The notes under the pieces were generated by a model, which was not told the DNA's origin, made no database searches, and saw nothing but the letters and a program-made list of their open reading frames with translations. DNA of 64,000 nt, from assembly GCA_004022145.1 (NCBI GenBank), contig RCNU01000011.1; one strand, 5' to 3'. The position numbers were made by a program, and so were the translations under genes. The DNA is from Paecilomyces variotii. Its lineage: Eukaryota. How positions within the stretch are numbered: position 1 is the stretch's first letter; every line of letters begins with the position of its first letter. This document shows, piece by piece, positions 26,303 through 40,600 of the stretch.

Positions 26303-26831
26303 CCGTATAGGCCCATACGCTGACTTGGCATTATCTATGGAGTTGAGGCGTATTGTTAAGGATGATGTTAGCAGGTCCATTTTCTGCTAAAGGTGAACCA
26401 CAAGGAATGGAATTAGCTATGTGGCTTTGATAGCAGATTCACAACATGATGCTGGAGCATCTAACTTGAGACTATTCAATTAAATACGAAGGGTGCTGTT
26501 TGCATAATTGGCGTTCAGTATGAATTCTTCCTAGGGTAGCATGGACGAAGCCGCCTGCTTTTTCGTAGACTAAACCGTGGGATTGTTCTAGCTTATTAGG
26601 GACAAGGCGTAGGTCCGATTGCGACAAATATGTTGGAGACGGTAATATTATTTATTTGCTGTTTTCGTGTTCAAGGCTTCATCTTCATCATCGACCCCTA
26701 AAGAGTGTTGTTTCTCGCACGTGGGCTACTTACCAGCGTGCCGAACCTCCAACATACGCTCAAAGTAACTTACCTTGGTCTCGACCATGTTGTTGGATTG
26801 GAAAAATATATGAACCCCAGCTGTTCGCAGG

Positions 26832-28483
26832 ATGCTGGGGATTCTACTCCACAAAAGAGGTCGCTTACTTTCTGCGCTTGTTTTCCTTTCAGCGGTGATT
26901 ATCTGGGTCTTTTCGTGGTATTTGAATATCATGGGCGTGGCCCCTTCGGTTGCCATCCGCACGGCATGCGCGACAACCTTAATGACGGCCACAGCCGCCG
27001 TAGCAATTGATACGAATTGGCATCCTCCTAAATCGACAGCTGTTAATAACTTGGATACAGCTCTCAATAGCACAGGTGTTTATGGCTTCATATTCAATTC
27101 ATCCGAGACGCCCGCCAAGCTCTATGGCCGCTATAATTGGTGCAATATGCCCCATGTCAGAAAGGAGGAATATATCCAAGCTCCAAAAGAGTACGAGCTG
27201 GCGTACGTCGAGGTGGTAGGTCTTCGCGTTGATACTCTCTGATAGCCACATACTCATTCGAGATTCAAGATCCATCGTCACCACAAAAGAACTCCATATC
27301 AGTCTAACACGTTCCCGGTGGAATCGTACCCCTGGAGTTGCGACGATGCAAGTCTGTTCTATTACGGGGATCCGAGCCCCGGACATGATGCAGCGTTCAC
27401 TTACTGGAAGATCTACGAGACTTCGTTGAATCCCTTCAGCGTTTCAGGATTCAATGGCACTTGCTCCTTCCCGCAGATCACCAACGGTGGCCTGGCAGAC
27501 TCATGGCAGCATGGTCGAGATCTTTATGAAGTGTATCATGACGTTCTGCACTTTCTTCCATCCCATTTCGACGAGGAAAGTGTCTCGTTCAGAGTAACCA
27601 CAAATCAGATCACAAGCCAGGTCGCGGGTATGGTAACTAGCGCAATGTATGGAGCGGGCAAATCGATTCCTCTTCTCGTCCAGGTTTGTTACCAGTTCTT
27701 TATATATTTTCTGATAGATCTACGATTGCTGACCCTGCTTACCCCAAGAGAGATTCTATCGACTCCCTTGAACCTGCGTATTCCTGTTCCGCTGCAGATA
27801 CTCTGTACTCAGATGCGCAAAACCAGCCCAACTCGACATGGGCTGCGCATCTGAATCGGACCCAGTCGCTTTTCAACACTCTCGATAGTATCTCTGGAGT
27901 TTCACCTACCGCTAGTGACTGGCACGTAAGCTACGATCATTACTTCGACAACCTCTCCGCACGCTTATGTCACAATAAACCTTTACCGTGCAATATCGAC
28001 GACCCTTCCAAATGCGTCACGGAAGCTGAAGCAAACGAAGTATTCCGTCTGGGCGAGTTTGAATACTCGTACCAATACCGTGATTCAGCGACCTCTCTAG
28101 CTGCCAGTACGGCTTCCTTCGGTGTATGGATAGGTGAACTGGCACAGCATTTCCGAGACCGCGTGAGTGGTCAGAATGCTAAAATGAAATATCGCCATAA
28201 TGTCGCGCATGATGGGAGCTTATCCAGATTGCTATCTATCCTACAAGTTGAGACGATGGTTTGGCCAGGTATGGGTGCCGAAGTGGTTTTCGAACTCTAC
28301 AAGAAAGACGTCTCTGAAGGAGAGACTGGGTACTTTGTCAGAGTCCTCTGGGGCGGGCTGGTTCTGCGTAGCTCGAATCCTGACTTGGGAACTTTGGATA
28401 TGATCCCAGTGGAGACTCTTTTGGCTTATTTTGACGCTTTGGTTGGTCCGAAGGCGCAGAAAGTGCCTGGTTTGTGTGAGTAA
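26832..28483 (+). CDS. Secreted or membrane-anchored histidine acid phosphatase/phytase-like protein (2 introns)
   Basis: Hydrophobic N-terminus, YNWCNMPHVR, catalytic variant IHRHHKRTPY and C-terminal HNVAHDGS. The start may be 26832 or 26930. Confidence 0.85.
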
Positions 28484-29170
28484 TGATGATATGAGCACTT
28501 TGCTTGGTTTTCACACTCTGTACTTAGTTAAGGGTTATGATTATCCGACATATATACATTTGCAACATAGCAAAGGATGGAACATGGCCTATTTGTGGTC
28601 GATGTATACTGTGCTTGCTCATTCCATCTCTTCAATCTTACATTACAATCCTATCACTCAACACAGTAGTTACAAATCAAAGCCATTATTAACTAGGTAA
28701 CTACATAACTAACCGCAAACACACTAACTAGTTACAACTCTACACATTATTATTGAAAAAAACAGCCCGATCCAAAAGTGGGGTTTCCAAACATGGCTCA
28801 AGCCTCAAGTCAACACTTTCGTGGTATTTAACACTATGTAACACCACATCCATCCACGCACATCACGGGCCCCGCTTGAGCTAATTACCCTATTTGGTAA
28901 GTCTTATGAAGCTTTCTTCATTATCGTTTCTCCCCCGCTTTTCTCTCGGGGAGAAGGGCGATATCGGATTTCCGAGGAGCGGGGTTTTATGTGACATAAT
29001 GGAAATAAACACTGTTCATCAGGTTGTGGTGCTTGGGCTCTTCTTTACTATGCGGGAATAGATAGATTGCGCTTCAAGATCGTTCAATCAATGATCATGA
29101 ATATGATCCGACAATGTCCCATTCAAGTAATAGGCATACAGAATGTTGATTATCATTAAAGACAGAATGA

Positions 29171-30304
29171 TCATTTCTTGAGAATAGCACCCGGAGCAGC
29201 TGGCATCAAAGCGCCCGCAGGAGGCTTGTTCTTGCTCTTGAAGTCATCACACATCTGCTCCATTGTAACCCATTCGACTCCCTCGTGAGAGTTGATGTAT
29301 TCGATAATTCTGCAGTGGTGGGGGATCATAATTAGTCTCTGACATTACTGGGACAAGACGAAGGAAATGAATGACTAAGTAGGTACATACCTCTCATGCA
29401 TCAGGAGGACATGTGGACGACCAGATACGTCTGGGTGAATGGTCATAGGGAAGATGAACTCGTCGTATTCACGGTAGAAATAGTCGAAGTGGTCCTATTG
29501 CGATTGATGTCCGTTAGTATAACACCGTCATGGTAATTATCAGGTTTAGAAAACAGTAATACTGACCTTCCATATAGCTTCCACATCTCTCGGATTCACC
29601 CAACCATGACTGTTGGCCGAGGCTTTGATGAACATCATCGGAGGCAGGTCGTCAATGTACCAACTTCCTGGAATCTCAACGAGACCAGTCTCCTGCCCTC
29701 TCTCTAGAGGCTTCATCCATTCTTCTGCCGTCTTTTTATAATCGATCTTGGTCCACGTGTCGCCTGTTCGCAGCCAGTACATCTGGCAATCATGATGCGA
29801 CATGGAATGATCGTATTCGATTCCATACGATAAGAGCAGCTCTGTAGCCTCCTTGCTTGTCTCCCACCAAGGAGCTACGCTGCCGCGGGGCGGCTTTCCG
29901 CAAAAGTCCGTGAGCAAGCGGTATGTCTTGTCGAGCACATCACGCTGTTGCTCGAAGGTCATGTCAGAGGGATTCTCATGGCTGTATCCGTGCAGACCGA
30001 TCTCATGGCCTGCATCGCGAACCATGGCACACTCTTCGGGGAATGTCTCGAGGGAGTGGCCTGGGATGAACCATGTGGCCTTGATATTGTACTTTTCAAA
30101 TAGCTTCAGTAGACGCGTCGTTCCGATATGACCGGCCCATAGACCTGTTATTCTTTGTCAGACTGCTCAAGCTGACGGGAGTTCGTGCTAATACGAACCT
30201 CTGCTGATGTCGTTTGTGCTATCCTCTCCACCGTAGGAACCCAACCACCCCGCGACAGCGTCGATGTCGACGCCGTAGCTGACTAGAACCCGCTTCTTGC
30301 CCAT
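29171..30304 (-). CDS. hxnM: Polysaccharide-deacetylase-family (PuuE/PgdA-like) cyclic amide hydrolase, putative HxnM
   Basis: [52 protein letters not shown] and [18 protein letters not shown]. It lies at the edge of an hxnS/T/R/V/N cluster. Confidence 0.8.
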
Positions 30305-31241
30305 GTTTACGTCGGTTATGGTATGGTATCGATTGGATCTGGTTTCAAAAGCCCCCTCAAGACGCTCTCTTTGGAGGATGTCTCCTGAGTATTGTGGAAG
30401 ATGATGATCAAAGACGACGAAAAGACAGTACCACTCTCAAACCAATTCTTACCCCTCTCGAGATAAATATGGGCTATAACTACCGGAGAGTAATCGGACG
30501 GGGTATCCCGCTGTAATTAAGTAACATTAACTATCGTAATAGTCCGATTGGAACCCCGAAAGTACCAAAGCTAGCGCATAGCAATTATGGCCTCTAGCTT
30601 AAGCAATACGATAGAAATGTAGTAATAATAGTGGGCAGATAGAAACCAGTCGGGAGATAGAAATGCCTGCCTATCTGATCACTGCCGAGGCGTTATTGAG
30701 TTTACGATATGCCGCGAGGAGGGGCAGCCGATAAGGGGCGGGGAAGTTCATGAATTTCCCAGCCTTTAGCGCCAAATTATACTCAGCAAGTAGTAATGAA
30801 ACGTTTGTCTCGCCCCTTTTTTATGACACTCTTTATCTTTATGTTAAGTTAATATGTCTTTCGGTCCGTCGTTAGGGCTCGGGGATAGGGTTTAAGGTCT
30901 GCGCGGCGTTGATTGAGGAGTGGGGGTTGGGAAGACGGTAGACACAGACGTTGGTAAACGAAAATGGATAGAGATGATTATGTGGATAGATGATTTGGTC
31001 TCCTTGTGACTAATTGACATGATCAATGGACTGAGTATTCCCAGCGACGATCTGGCGTTGATACGTTGCGCAAATTGGTCCGATTTGTTGTCTGTCAAGC
31101 TCCATTCTTGGGAAAGCTCTCTCTTTAAGAACGCGCAATTTCTGCCAGATGGGATAGTGTCTTTACACTATTGATCGAGCAGAAAAGGGATCTCAACTTT
31201 GGATTATATTATTTGTATTATTCGTGAGTAAACACAACAAG

Positions 31242-32270
31242 ATGTCAAGAGTAAGAACTCTCAACCCTTTGTGATGCAATCTGCCACGGTATGACTGGAG
31301 GAGTCTGACAGTTTGTACGCAGTTCGATCTCAAAGGACGAACGGCCCTGGTCACCGGAGGAGCGCGCGGCTGCGGTCTGTCATTTGCTCAAGGACTAGCA
31401 GAAGGAGGCGCAGACGTAGCGATTTTCGATGTCATCGATCCAGCCCCGGAATTCTACGAGATCGAGAAGAAGTACGGCGTGAAAACGGCCTATTACAAGT
31501 GAGAAACCGCCGGAAACTCCACGAATGAAGTTGTTGGTCTCTAATAATATCCTGCGTCGTGCATCAGAGTCGATGTGAGCTCCAAAGATAGTCTAAAAGA
31601 AGGCTTCGATAAATTCAGCAAAGACTTCAATAACGCTCTCGATATCTGCGTACCCTGTGCTGGAATTAACCGACACATCCCCTTCCTCGAGTTCACCTAT
31701 GAAACTCATGAGGAACTACTTGGCGTTAACGTGAAGGGTGCGTATTTCACAGCTCAGCTGGCAGCGAAGCAGATGATCGCCAATGGCACCAAGCATGGGA
31801 GTATCGTGTTCGTCGCGAGTATCGCTAGCTACATGGCCATCCGCAGCCAGCTGAGTAGTTCATACTGCGCCAGTAAGGGAGCTGTGCGAGCGATGGTTCC
31901 TGCTATTGCTAAAGAGCTTGTTCCTTATGTGAGTCAAAATAAGCACAGCTTCGTTTGGGGATAAGAGTTAATTGTCCCACTAGGGAATCCGGGTGAACTC
32001 CGTATCCCCAGGTTATGTCCGAACAGAGATGACTGCCTCGGTAAGTCCAAGACAACATAATGTGCTGATAGTATTGGAGGGCCTTTCGAACTAACTATGG
32101 GATTTTTGCAGTTCCCACACCTCTTGGAAAGTTGGAAGGACGAGATAATGAACGGCCGTGTGGCAGAACCGGACGATATTCGCGGCGCCTGCATCTTCCT
32201 TGCTAGCGATGCAAGCTCGTACATGACCGGCCAGGATATTCGTGTTGACGGTGGTGTTACTATGTGGTAG
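31242..32270 (+). CDS. hxnW: Short-chain dehydrogenase/reductase (~253 aa, 5 exons), putative HxnW
   Basis: MSR|FDLKGRTALVTGGARGCG, catalytic SSYCASKGA (YxxxK), GIRVNSVSPG and TGQDIRVDGG. The hxnW name rests on cluster context. Confidence 0.7.
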
Positions 32271-32537
32271 ATTCCAGGTTGTTTCTGGTTCCCCCTTTAG
32301 CTGTACATAATGATCTAGGATGTCATGTATTGGAATTATAGATTACCTTTGCAGTAACTCTGGAACGAAGCTCGCTGAGCTTGAATTCTCTAGCAACTAG
32401 CTTGGCCTATTTAACTCTTTTGGTGGATCTAGAAAGGCGTGGGAGAAACCCGACAGGAGGGAGGCCTGCATACAGTATAGGCAGGCTCGGATAGTAACCT
32501 TCTCTAATAGCGATCTACATCTTTGACTTCGTGATAT

Positions 32538-34404
32538 CTAAGACCTCCAAATCTTCTCAATCAGCGTAGCAGCACCCAAGGCCTTCTCTTCCTCCAGCTT
32601 TCTAGCAACAACTTGCACATTCACCGGGTGGCCAGCCATACTATTCACGTCATACAGACCCCAATTCCACGCATCTAATTGATTCCGCGGCTGGTAAGGC
32701 GTCTCCGGCAAGGCATCCTTATCGGGTCGTACTTTGTCGACGGGGAAGGTAACGGCAGAATAATCAAGGACATTCCAGATCTTCGTATATCCCACCCAGC
32801 GACAACCTTTGTGCGGAACGGCTGTGTGAGGCATAGTGGGCGTGAGAAGAACATCGATCGGCTTGCCAGACGGGGAACGAGCGGCATTCCACTTATCCAT
32901 ATACCGCTTCTGGGCTGTCGTTCTCCGTCTGTTCAATTGCCAATATTCATACACAGATATGGCTTTCCCCTTGTTGACCAGCGCCTCGACATGGGGAATG
33001 AAAGGTTCCCCTGCAACGGCAACATCTCGACGGATGTCCTCGCCTCCATCAGCAGTGTAATAGAGATCCATGATCTCTATACACTCCTTATGATCCGCGG
33101 TATCCCAAGCGACTATCTCGTGGCCGTAAGATTCTAACTTTGCGGCTAGTTCCTTAAGAGCTCGTTCAATCGGGGGATGGACTTTCACAGCGCCATCGTC
33201 AATTATCAACCCGATGGTTAGCGGCCTTGACTGAATATCGCGGAATGCTGCATCGTCCCACGGGACTGGGCTGCACCTGGGATCCAAAGTCCAAGGCTTG
33301 CTTTCCGCAACTAGCCGACTTATATAGTAGAGAGAATCCATACACCGTGCCATTGGACCTACGGATGAAGGGACGTGTTCCTGTCCTTCGGTAGAAACAG
33401 GGACACCGTAGTAGGGCATTCTGCTACTCTAATCACGAATGAGAATTTATGACAATATTGTCGAATTGCATCCAAGAATTCACTTACGGTTGGCTTTAAT
33501 GAGTATAAACCCATCATATTTTGTGGAATTCGGACGCTTCCTCCGATGTCTGTTCCAAAGCCCAGAATCGAACCATGAAGCGCCAGGAGCGCACTCTCTC
33601 CACCAGTCGAGCCGCCGGGGGTGAATTCGGGGTTACGAGGATTGACAGTAAGTCCCCAGAGCGGGTTATCTGTCTCACACCACTGCAGCAACGTTTCAGT
33701 TGACAATTGCAAGTTTCAAGAGCGAGAGGCGAATCTTACCATAATACTCTGAGGAAGATTTGTCTTGGCGATAATCACAGCTCCCAGATTCCTCAGTATC
33801 TGCACAAGAACCGCGTCCTCTGCTGCGGGCTTAAAGGAGCGGCCGACATAGCCAATCGTACTATCATATCCTTTCACGTCGAACTGGTCCTTAAGCGTAA
33901 TGGGAACGCCATGAAGAGGCCCCTTGAGCTTCCCTGTCTCCTTGAACTTTGCATCCAGAGCTCGGGCGTCTTTCAATGCATCTTCGAAGAGTACTTCAGT
34001 CAGGGCGTTGGTCTGATAGCTAAGTTCAGTACGGTACGAGTCTGTTGGTTTACATGGTAGCTCACCAGTTGATGCGCAACAGTTGCCCTGAGCACCGAAA
34101 ATGTTAGCTTTATGCTAGACCCCGCACAAGATTCCATTGAAGTATCTGACCTTTTAATATATGCCAGAGTCACATCTTCCGCTGTAAATTCACCTTTCTT
34201 CAATTGCTGATGCAGCTCTGCCACGCTGTCTATATCTGTTATTTGCTGAACAGAAGGATCGGAGTCGATGCGAGAGCGAGCAGCGACATCATCGATGCGG
34301 GGAGGGCGTTTGTCTAGATCATCCACCAGATATGGTTTCAGAGCCTGATCTCTCAGCGATCGCTTCTTCGCGACGATCTCCTGCCACGACTCGGTGCTTC
34401 CCAT
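32538..34404 (-). CDS. hxnN: Amidase-signature family enzyme, putative HxnN
   Basis: GPLHGVPITLKDQF, TPGGSTGGE and GTDIGGSVRIP supply the Lys-cisSer-Ser triad. No signal peptide. Cluster context supports the name. Confidence 0.8.
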
Positions 34405-35056
34405 GTTTTCCTTTGTTGGAGATAGATTTCAAAACAATAATCGGTTATGTCTGCTGCTACCTGCAACCTAGGAAGGAAAACATCAGTTGCTTCTTACGCA
34501 TACGAAGATCATGATTCTATGTACAGTAAGTATATCGGTCGGCTTATCCGCCGCTGTCGCACCAGGCGTCAGATAGTTTATTCCTAGTCTTTATTTTACG
34601 ATATCTCCGTGGCAGATTGACTGACTAGTTCATTCCGTTAAACCATTTTCTATTTGGAGTTTGTAATCGGCGCGGGGTGGAGCCATCACGAACGATAATG
34701 AAGCGGAGGACAAGAGTGGGATGAAATACTGTAAGTACAGCCACCGTCTATCTCCTTCTCTCCACGCCACTCTAAACCCCCATCAACGCAGATCGCCAAC
34801 CACACGTCGGAATTGGAAAGCTGTCTCGACCCGAGCCAAACGCTTGACTCCAGCAGATAATCGTACGTTCTTCGTTCCGACGGCAAATGAATCCAGAAAA
34901 AGTTGGGGATAGTCTAATAGTACATTAAGAACCTCTCTTAGACCTACTTAGCAGTTCACCATAAATACTACCTAGGAGGGGGGCATTATTTATCTCCATA
35001 GACTTCTCAGGAGCATGAAACGGACTTTATCACAGGCTCAGTTAGAAAGGAACAAC

Positions 35057-35450
35057 ATGGCCCCCGGCGCTGACGATGAGGGCTTTATAGCCGTTAATAA
35101 TTCATCCGCAACCGAGCAATCAACCAATGTCACGGTCGTGGGAGCTGGGCCGTCAGGCTTGATGCTAGCGTAGGTGCTATCCTTACTGGTTTTCTGCTGT
35201 TTCTCAAAATAATATGAAGTTTTATGTTGTCTAACTGCCGGATATAGAAATAATCTCGCTCGATATGGAGTCAAGACTACAATTCTGGATGATCGACCTG
35301 ATCGAACATCGACTGGTAAGGCAGATGGCATGCAACCTAAGACCATCGAGACCTTTCGACAGCTGAGAATGGTGGAACCCCTTCTCAAGCAGAGCTGTAA
35401 GGTCTATGATATTTGCTTTTGGGTGAGTTCCTCATAAGGAGATGTGTCCT

Positions 35451-35484
<34 letters not shown>

Positions 35485-37306
35485 AATAAAAAGAACCTGC
35501 TCCTCTTTATAAACGTTACTAACATTACAAAAAGGAAAATACACCAACAACTCCACTGAGGAGGACGGGAAGAAAAATCCACTATCCCGATCACGTCGGG
35601 GCATCAGATCCCTATATCCTCCTAGCTCACCAGGGCATTCTGGAAGATGTACTCATTAAAGACATGGAACAGCGCGGCCTAGAGGTGACAAGAAACAGTC
35701 CCTTTGTCGACTGTTCCAGGGACGCTGAGGGCTCGAAACTGGACATTGTCTATGAAGACCTCAATGACAGAACAAAGAAGATCATCAAGTCAGACTTTCT
35801 TGTAGGCTGCGATGGCGCCAGATCGAAAGTGAGACCAGTCATTCCTGGTGCTAAGCTCGAGGGAGAAATGACCAACGCTTCATGGGGTGTTCTGGACGGT
35901 AAGGCAATGGCAAAGGGATATATCCTAGATTAAAACACTTAAAATACTAACACATCTACAGGTGTCATTGAAACTGATTTCCCGGATCTATGGAGCAAGA
36001 CGGCAGTCCGATCACACGATGGCTTCTCTATCCTCTTTATTCCTCGTGAACGTAACTTGACCCGTCTTTATGTAGAGCTCAGCGCTACGGATGGTGAGCG
36101 AATTGACAAGTCACTTGCAACTCCAGAGTATGTCATGAATAAGGCCAGAGAGATCATGGCCCCATTCAAGATGGAATGGAAGAGTATTGGTATGCTTTCA
36201 AATATCGAAAATTTTCCCACCCACGTTCGCAGCTAACAGTATAAAAACCAGAGTGGTTTGGAAACTATGTCGTCAGCCAGCGTGTTGCGAACCATTTTTC
36301 CGATCCTGAGCTGCAAATGTTCATCGCTGGAGATGTAAGTATATCTACACATTCTGCATGAAGGATTCCTTTTTCGAAACTGACACCACTTACATAGGCT
36401 GGTCACACTCACTCCGCTCTCGCCGCCCAAGGTGCCAACACCAGTATGCACGACAGTTTCAACCTAGCTTGGAAATTGAACCTTGTCATCCGAGACGTAG
36501 CCGAGAGATCTCTACTCACAACATACGAGCACGAGAGACGCAAGATCGCTCAAGACCTCATAAACTTCGACGCAGAGCACGTCAAGGCCTTCGCCGACAG
36601 CGACGAAGCCCTAGCACGCAATTTCGACGAGAACATCCGATTCATCTCCGGCGTAGGCGCTGAATATTCCAACAACGTTCTGAACCTCTTCTCCCCGGGC
36701 CAAACGTTCAATGGATCTCTGAAACCCGGCGCTTTGGTCAGTCCGCCAACGCGAGTGAGTCGATACGTGGACGCGAACCCGGTGGATTTCCAACTGGATA
36801 TTCCCATGTTAGGCCAGTTCCGGATCTACATCTTCGCTCCGGACGTGCATGCCTCAAAGACTTTCATTTCCTCTATCTGCGCATCCCTCTCTTCTCCTAC
36901 CTCCATCCTCTCTCGCGCCAGTGCCCGAGCAGAGAAATCGTATGCTGCCCAACCGCCCATTGCCTCTCCCGAGGACGCATTCGTTGTTCCAGAACGCTAC
37001 ACGGCAGTCTCTAAACTCTTCACATATGCGCTCGTCACGCAGACCCCGAAACAACAAGTCGAGATCGCAGATCTTCCTCCCCTGCTACAGGCTAGCCAGT
37101 GGACATTCTACACTGATGACTTGACATCTCCCAGTTGCACAGAGACATACCTTGGTGCATTGGGCACCGATCAAGTGGCTATTGTGAACGTCCGTCCGGA
37201 CGGATATGTGGGCAGTTTGAATGTCTGGGATAATTCTGTTACAGGAGCAGGCGAAGAGGCGGCTAAGTGGGTGCAGGGTTATTATGAGGGATTCTTGAAG
37301 CGTTGA
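35057..37306 (+). CDS. hxnV: FAD-dependent phenol-2-monooxygenase-like hydroxylase, putative HxnV (multi-exon)
   Basis: [66 protein letters not shown] and C-terminal VRPDGYVG. Confidence 0.82.
35453..35483 (+). repeat. A31 homopolymer inside intron 2 of the hxnV-like gene
   Basis: 31 consecutive A between the donor GTGAGT (35423) and the branch site TACTAAC (~35517). Confidence 0.9.
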
Positions 37307-37667
37307 ATGAACGGTTGTTAGGTATATTATCATCTTTGGAAGCATATGTATTTATTTTTTTGGCTTTTCTTTGAGAGTGAGGTCTGTAGATGCTTCAGTC
37401 AACTTCTTGTCCTGGATATGTGTCTCAGTAACACCTATATATACAGGCACTGGTTGTAAGTGTACAGGAATAATCTCTAAAAGATAGGTCTACGACAATA
37501 GGACTACATTGAAAGAGAAAAATATATTTCGTACTTGTCTTGAATTATCCATATGCCCCGAGAATCTCTTACAGATCTTGTATTAACTAACCACTACATG
37601 GCATATCCAAAATAGATGAAATTCCCTTTGACATCATACCTCCATAGACAAATTCCAAACTCGCCCA

Positions 37668-40600
37668 TCAAGACACAGCAACGAAGAACGGCTTCTCCCC
37701 CTCTTTTGGAACAACATTCGCCATCTTAACCAGATCATCGCCCACAGCCAATCTCAACCTTTCCACCGTAGCGGGCGAATCGAGCATCAAGGGCTCAACG
37801 ACACCATTCTGCTTCCTAGCCTGCACCAACGCATCGCGCAGAGCGAAGAGGACAGTCGAGCCAAGAAAAAGCGGCGGTTCACCAATTCCTTTACTACTCT
37901 GTATAGAACGGAGACTCTGCCAGGAGACGCCTTTTAGAAAACTGACGTTGAACTCTTGCGGGATGTCGCTGAATCCTGGGATCTTGTACGTGCCAGGGCC
38001 GCGGGTCACTAATTGGCCACTGCCGTCGTTGGCCCAGAGGGATTCCTCGATGGTGAATAGGCCCTGGCCTTGGACGAAGGCGCCTTCGACTTGGCCGTAG
38101 TCGATGGCAGGGTTGATGGATCGACCCACGTCCATTTTGATATCTGTGCGAAGGACGGTGTGGTCGCCGGTGAGAAGGTCTAGTTCGACTTCTGTACATG
38201 CGGCTCCCTATTCATATCTCGTAAGTACGTATTCATATGCGGAAAGAAAGATAAGGAAAATAAAGCACTTGAGACTGACCTGCGTGAAATAGTAATACAT
38301 CGGCTTAACTGTTTCGGGATCGAAGTTTCCAAACTGATACCCAATGCGAGGCATGCTCCAGTGGCCGGTAGCTGCCAAATTGACACGATCCCGGTAGGCC
38401 GCGTTGGCTATGGTCTTGAAGTCCGCATCTTGGCCAAACTTCTCCCAATATGGCTTGAGACGCGCATTGAGTTGATCACAAGCGTTCTTGATAGCCATTC
38501 CATTCAGATCACTTCCAGAGGACGCGGCTGTAGGCGAGGCATTGGGGACCTGGTATGTCGAAGTGTCTGCCGTGTAGACGTTTTCAATTGGCACGTTCAG
38601 CTCTTGGGCGGCCACTTGGCACATTTTGGTGTACAATCCCTGACCCATTTCAGTACCACCATGGCTGAGAAGGACAGAGCCATCTGTGTATATCTTCACT
38701 GAAGCAGCACCCTGATTCAGATGAATGGCGGTAGCAAAAGACAAGCCGAATTTTGTGGGTACGAGACAGATACCACGCTTCTTCCACTTGCTCTTCGAGT
38801 TAAACTTTGCTATCTGGGCTTTTCTGTCATCATACGAGGCCTCCTTCCGCAGTTGCTCCAATAGCATGGGTACGTGCCAGTCTTCGTCGATCTTCTGCAA
38901 GAAAGGCGTGCGGTTCCCTTGTTTATACAGGTTCTTCCACCGCAGCTCGTCAATATTCATCTTCAGTCCCTCAGCGACGGCGTGCATGTAGGTCTCAGCA
39001 AAGAACATGGCTTGTGGAGCTCCAAACCCACGGAAGGCAGTATTACTGTGGATGTTGGTCTTGCAGACATATCCACGGATGTGGACGTTCGGAATCTCGT
39101 AGCAATTGTCAAGGTGTGTCATGCATCGATCCATAACAGATGCACTCATGTCCAGGGACCAACCGCCATTGTTATAGCAATGGGCCTGGAGAGCTTTGAG
39201 GGTGCCGTCGTGCATCACGCCCACTTTCCACACGCACTTGAAAGGATGTCTTTGACCGCTCGTCATCATATCCTCGTCACGATTCAGCATTGCTCTCATC
39301 GGTCGACGTTCCTTTACTGCAGCAATAGCAAGAAGTCCCGCAAGTTGAATGCTCCTGGACTCTTTGCCTCCGAAGCCTCCACCCATACGCTTGACCCTAG
39401 CATTGATACGGTTGCTCGGAATCCCAGTGACTCTGCTTATTAACTCTTGTGTTTCCATTCTAACATGTTGTTAGCTTAGTCCATACTGCCGTAATGATGG
39501 CCACTCACGTATGCTGGGTAGAAGACCAGACATCCATGGAGTTATCTTCCGCGTGTGGAATCACCATGGCAGCATTAGTCTCGAGATAGAAGTGCTCCTG
39601 GCCGCCCATTCGAGTGATACCCTCGAAAACGCGATCGCACTCTGAGAATACCTTCTCCATCTGTTCCGGAGGTGCACCTTTGCGCAACTCCTTGCTGTAA
39701 TCATAGAAGCTCTTCGCCTCAATAGCTTCGTCTATTGTCAAAATCGGTTTCAGCTCCTCGTACTCGACCCTGACCGCACGCGCAGCGGCTTGAGCCTGTA
39801 ATGCTGTCTCTGCGTAGACCATGCCAATGGGTTGACCGTGAGAGTACACCTTGTCTTCTGCGAACCAAGGCTCGTCTTTGACAATAGAACCCCATGCATT
39901 CTTTGACAGATCAATACTGTTCTTGTCGATATATCCGAGAGCCAGACCCGGCTTCAGAGCAGGAGTCCAGTCCACTGACTTGATGATAGCATGCGCTTTC
40001 TGGGACAAAACCAACGCACAGTACAACTCGCGGTCGTGATGCGGCATGTCATCCAAGTATTCCGCCTCACCGGTTGTGTGTTTCAAGCCCGAGAGATGGG
40101 GAATCTGCTTTCCTACAACACGCTGCTCGTACGGGTTGGTGTTATCTCTGCTTCCGAATGAGACCTGCCGGTGGATTTCTTCAACTAGCTCAGGGTCAAC
40201 TTCACCCAGTTTCAGTTCTGCAACGACCTCATGCCAGAAACGGAAGAACATAGATAGAGCAAGCGTCCTTCTATAAGTTGCCATGCCGCCTGGGACTCCA
40301 TACGGAAGCTGGAACGAGCTCTTCAAGCTGTCAAGTGCGCCACTCAGAGTCTGTGGACAATACCATTTCTTTCCTTTCAAAAAGGTCGAAGTACTCGTAG
40401 CCATAACGGTCATAGGCGCCATTCCACCGTACGCTAGAGCGACGTCTTCCACAATTCCCCGTTTATCCAGCCTAACGCGGAATCCTGCCGTGACGATGGC
40501 AATGTCATCATCCTTTCTCTTGGCCTGTTTATATGATTTAGTCAACTCTATCTCATCAGGTGGCGGAACTGGTACTCGGATTCGGACTATCACGCTTCCA

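Noticed and set aside
29171-30304. Chitin deacetylase linked to cell-wall metabolism or CHS5
   Set aside because: There is no signal peptide, the sequence is PuuE/PgdA-like, and it sits in the hxn cluster far from CHS5.
35400-35660. Apparent disruption (pseudogenisation) of hxnV by the poly(A) run
   Set aside because: The run lies inside a GT..AAG intron with a TACTAAC branch site, and the spliced frame is continuous.
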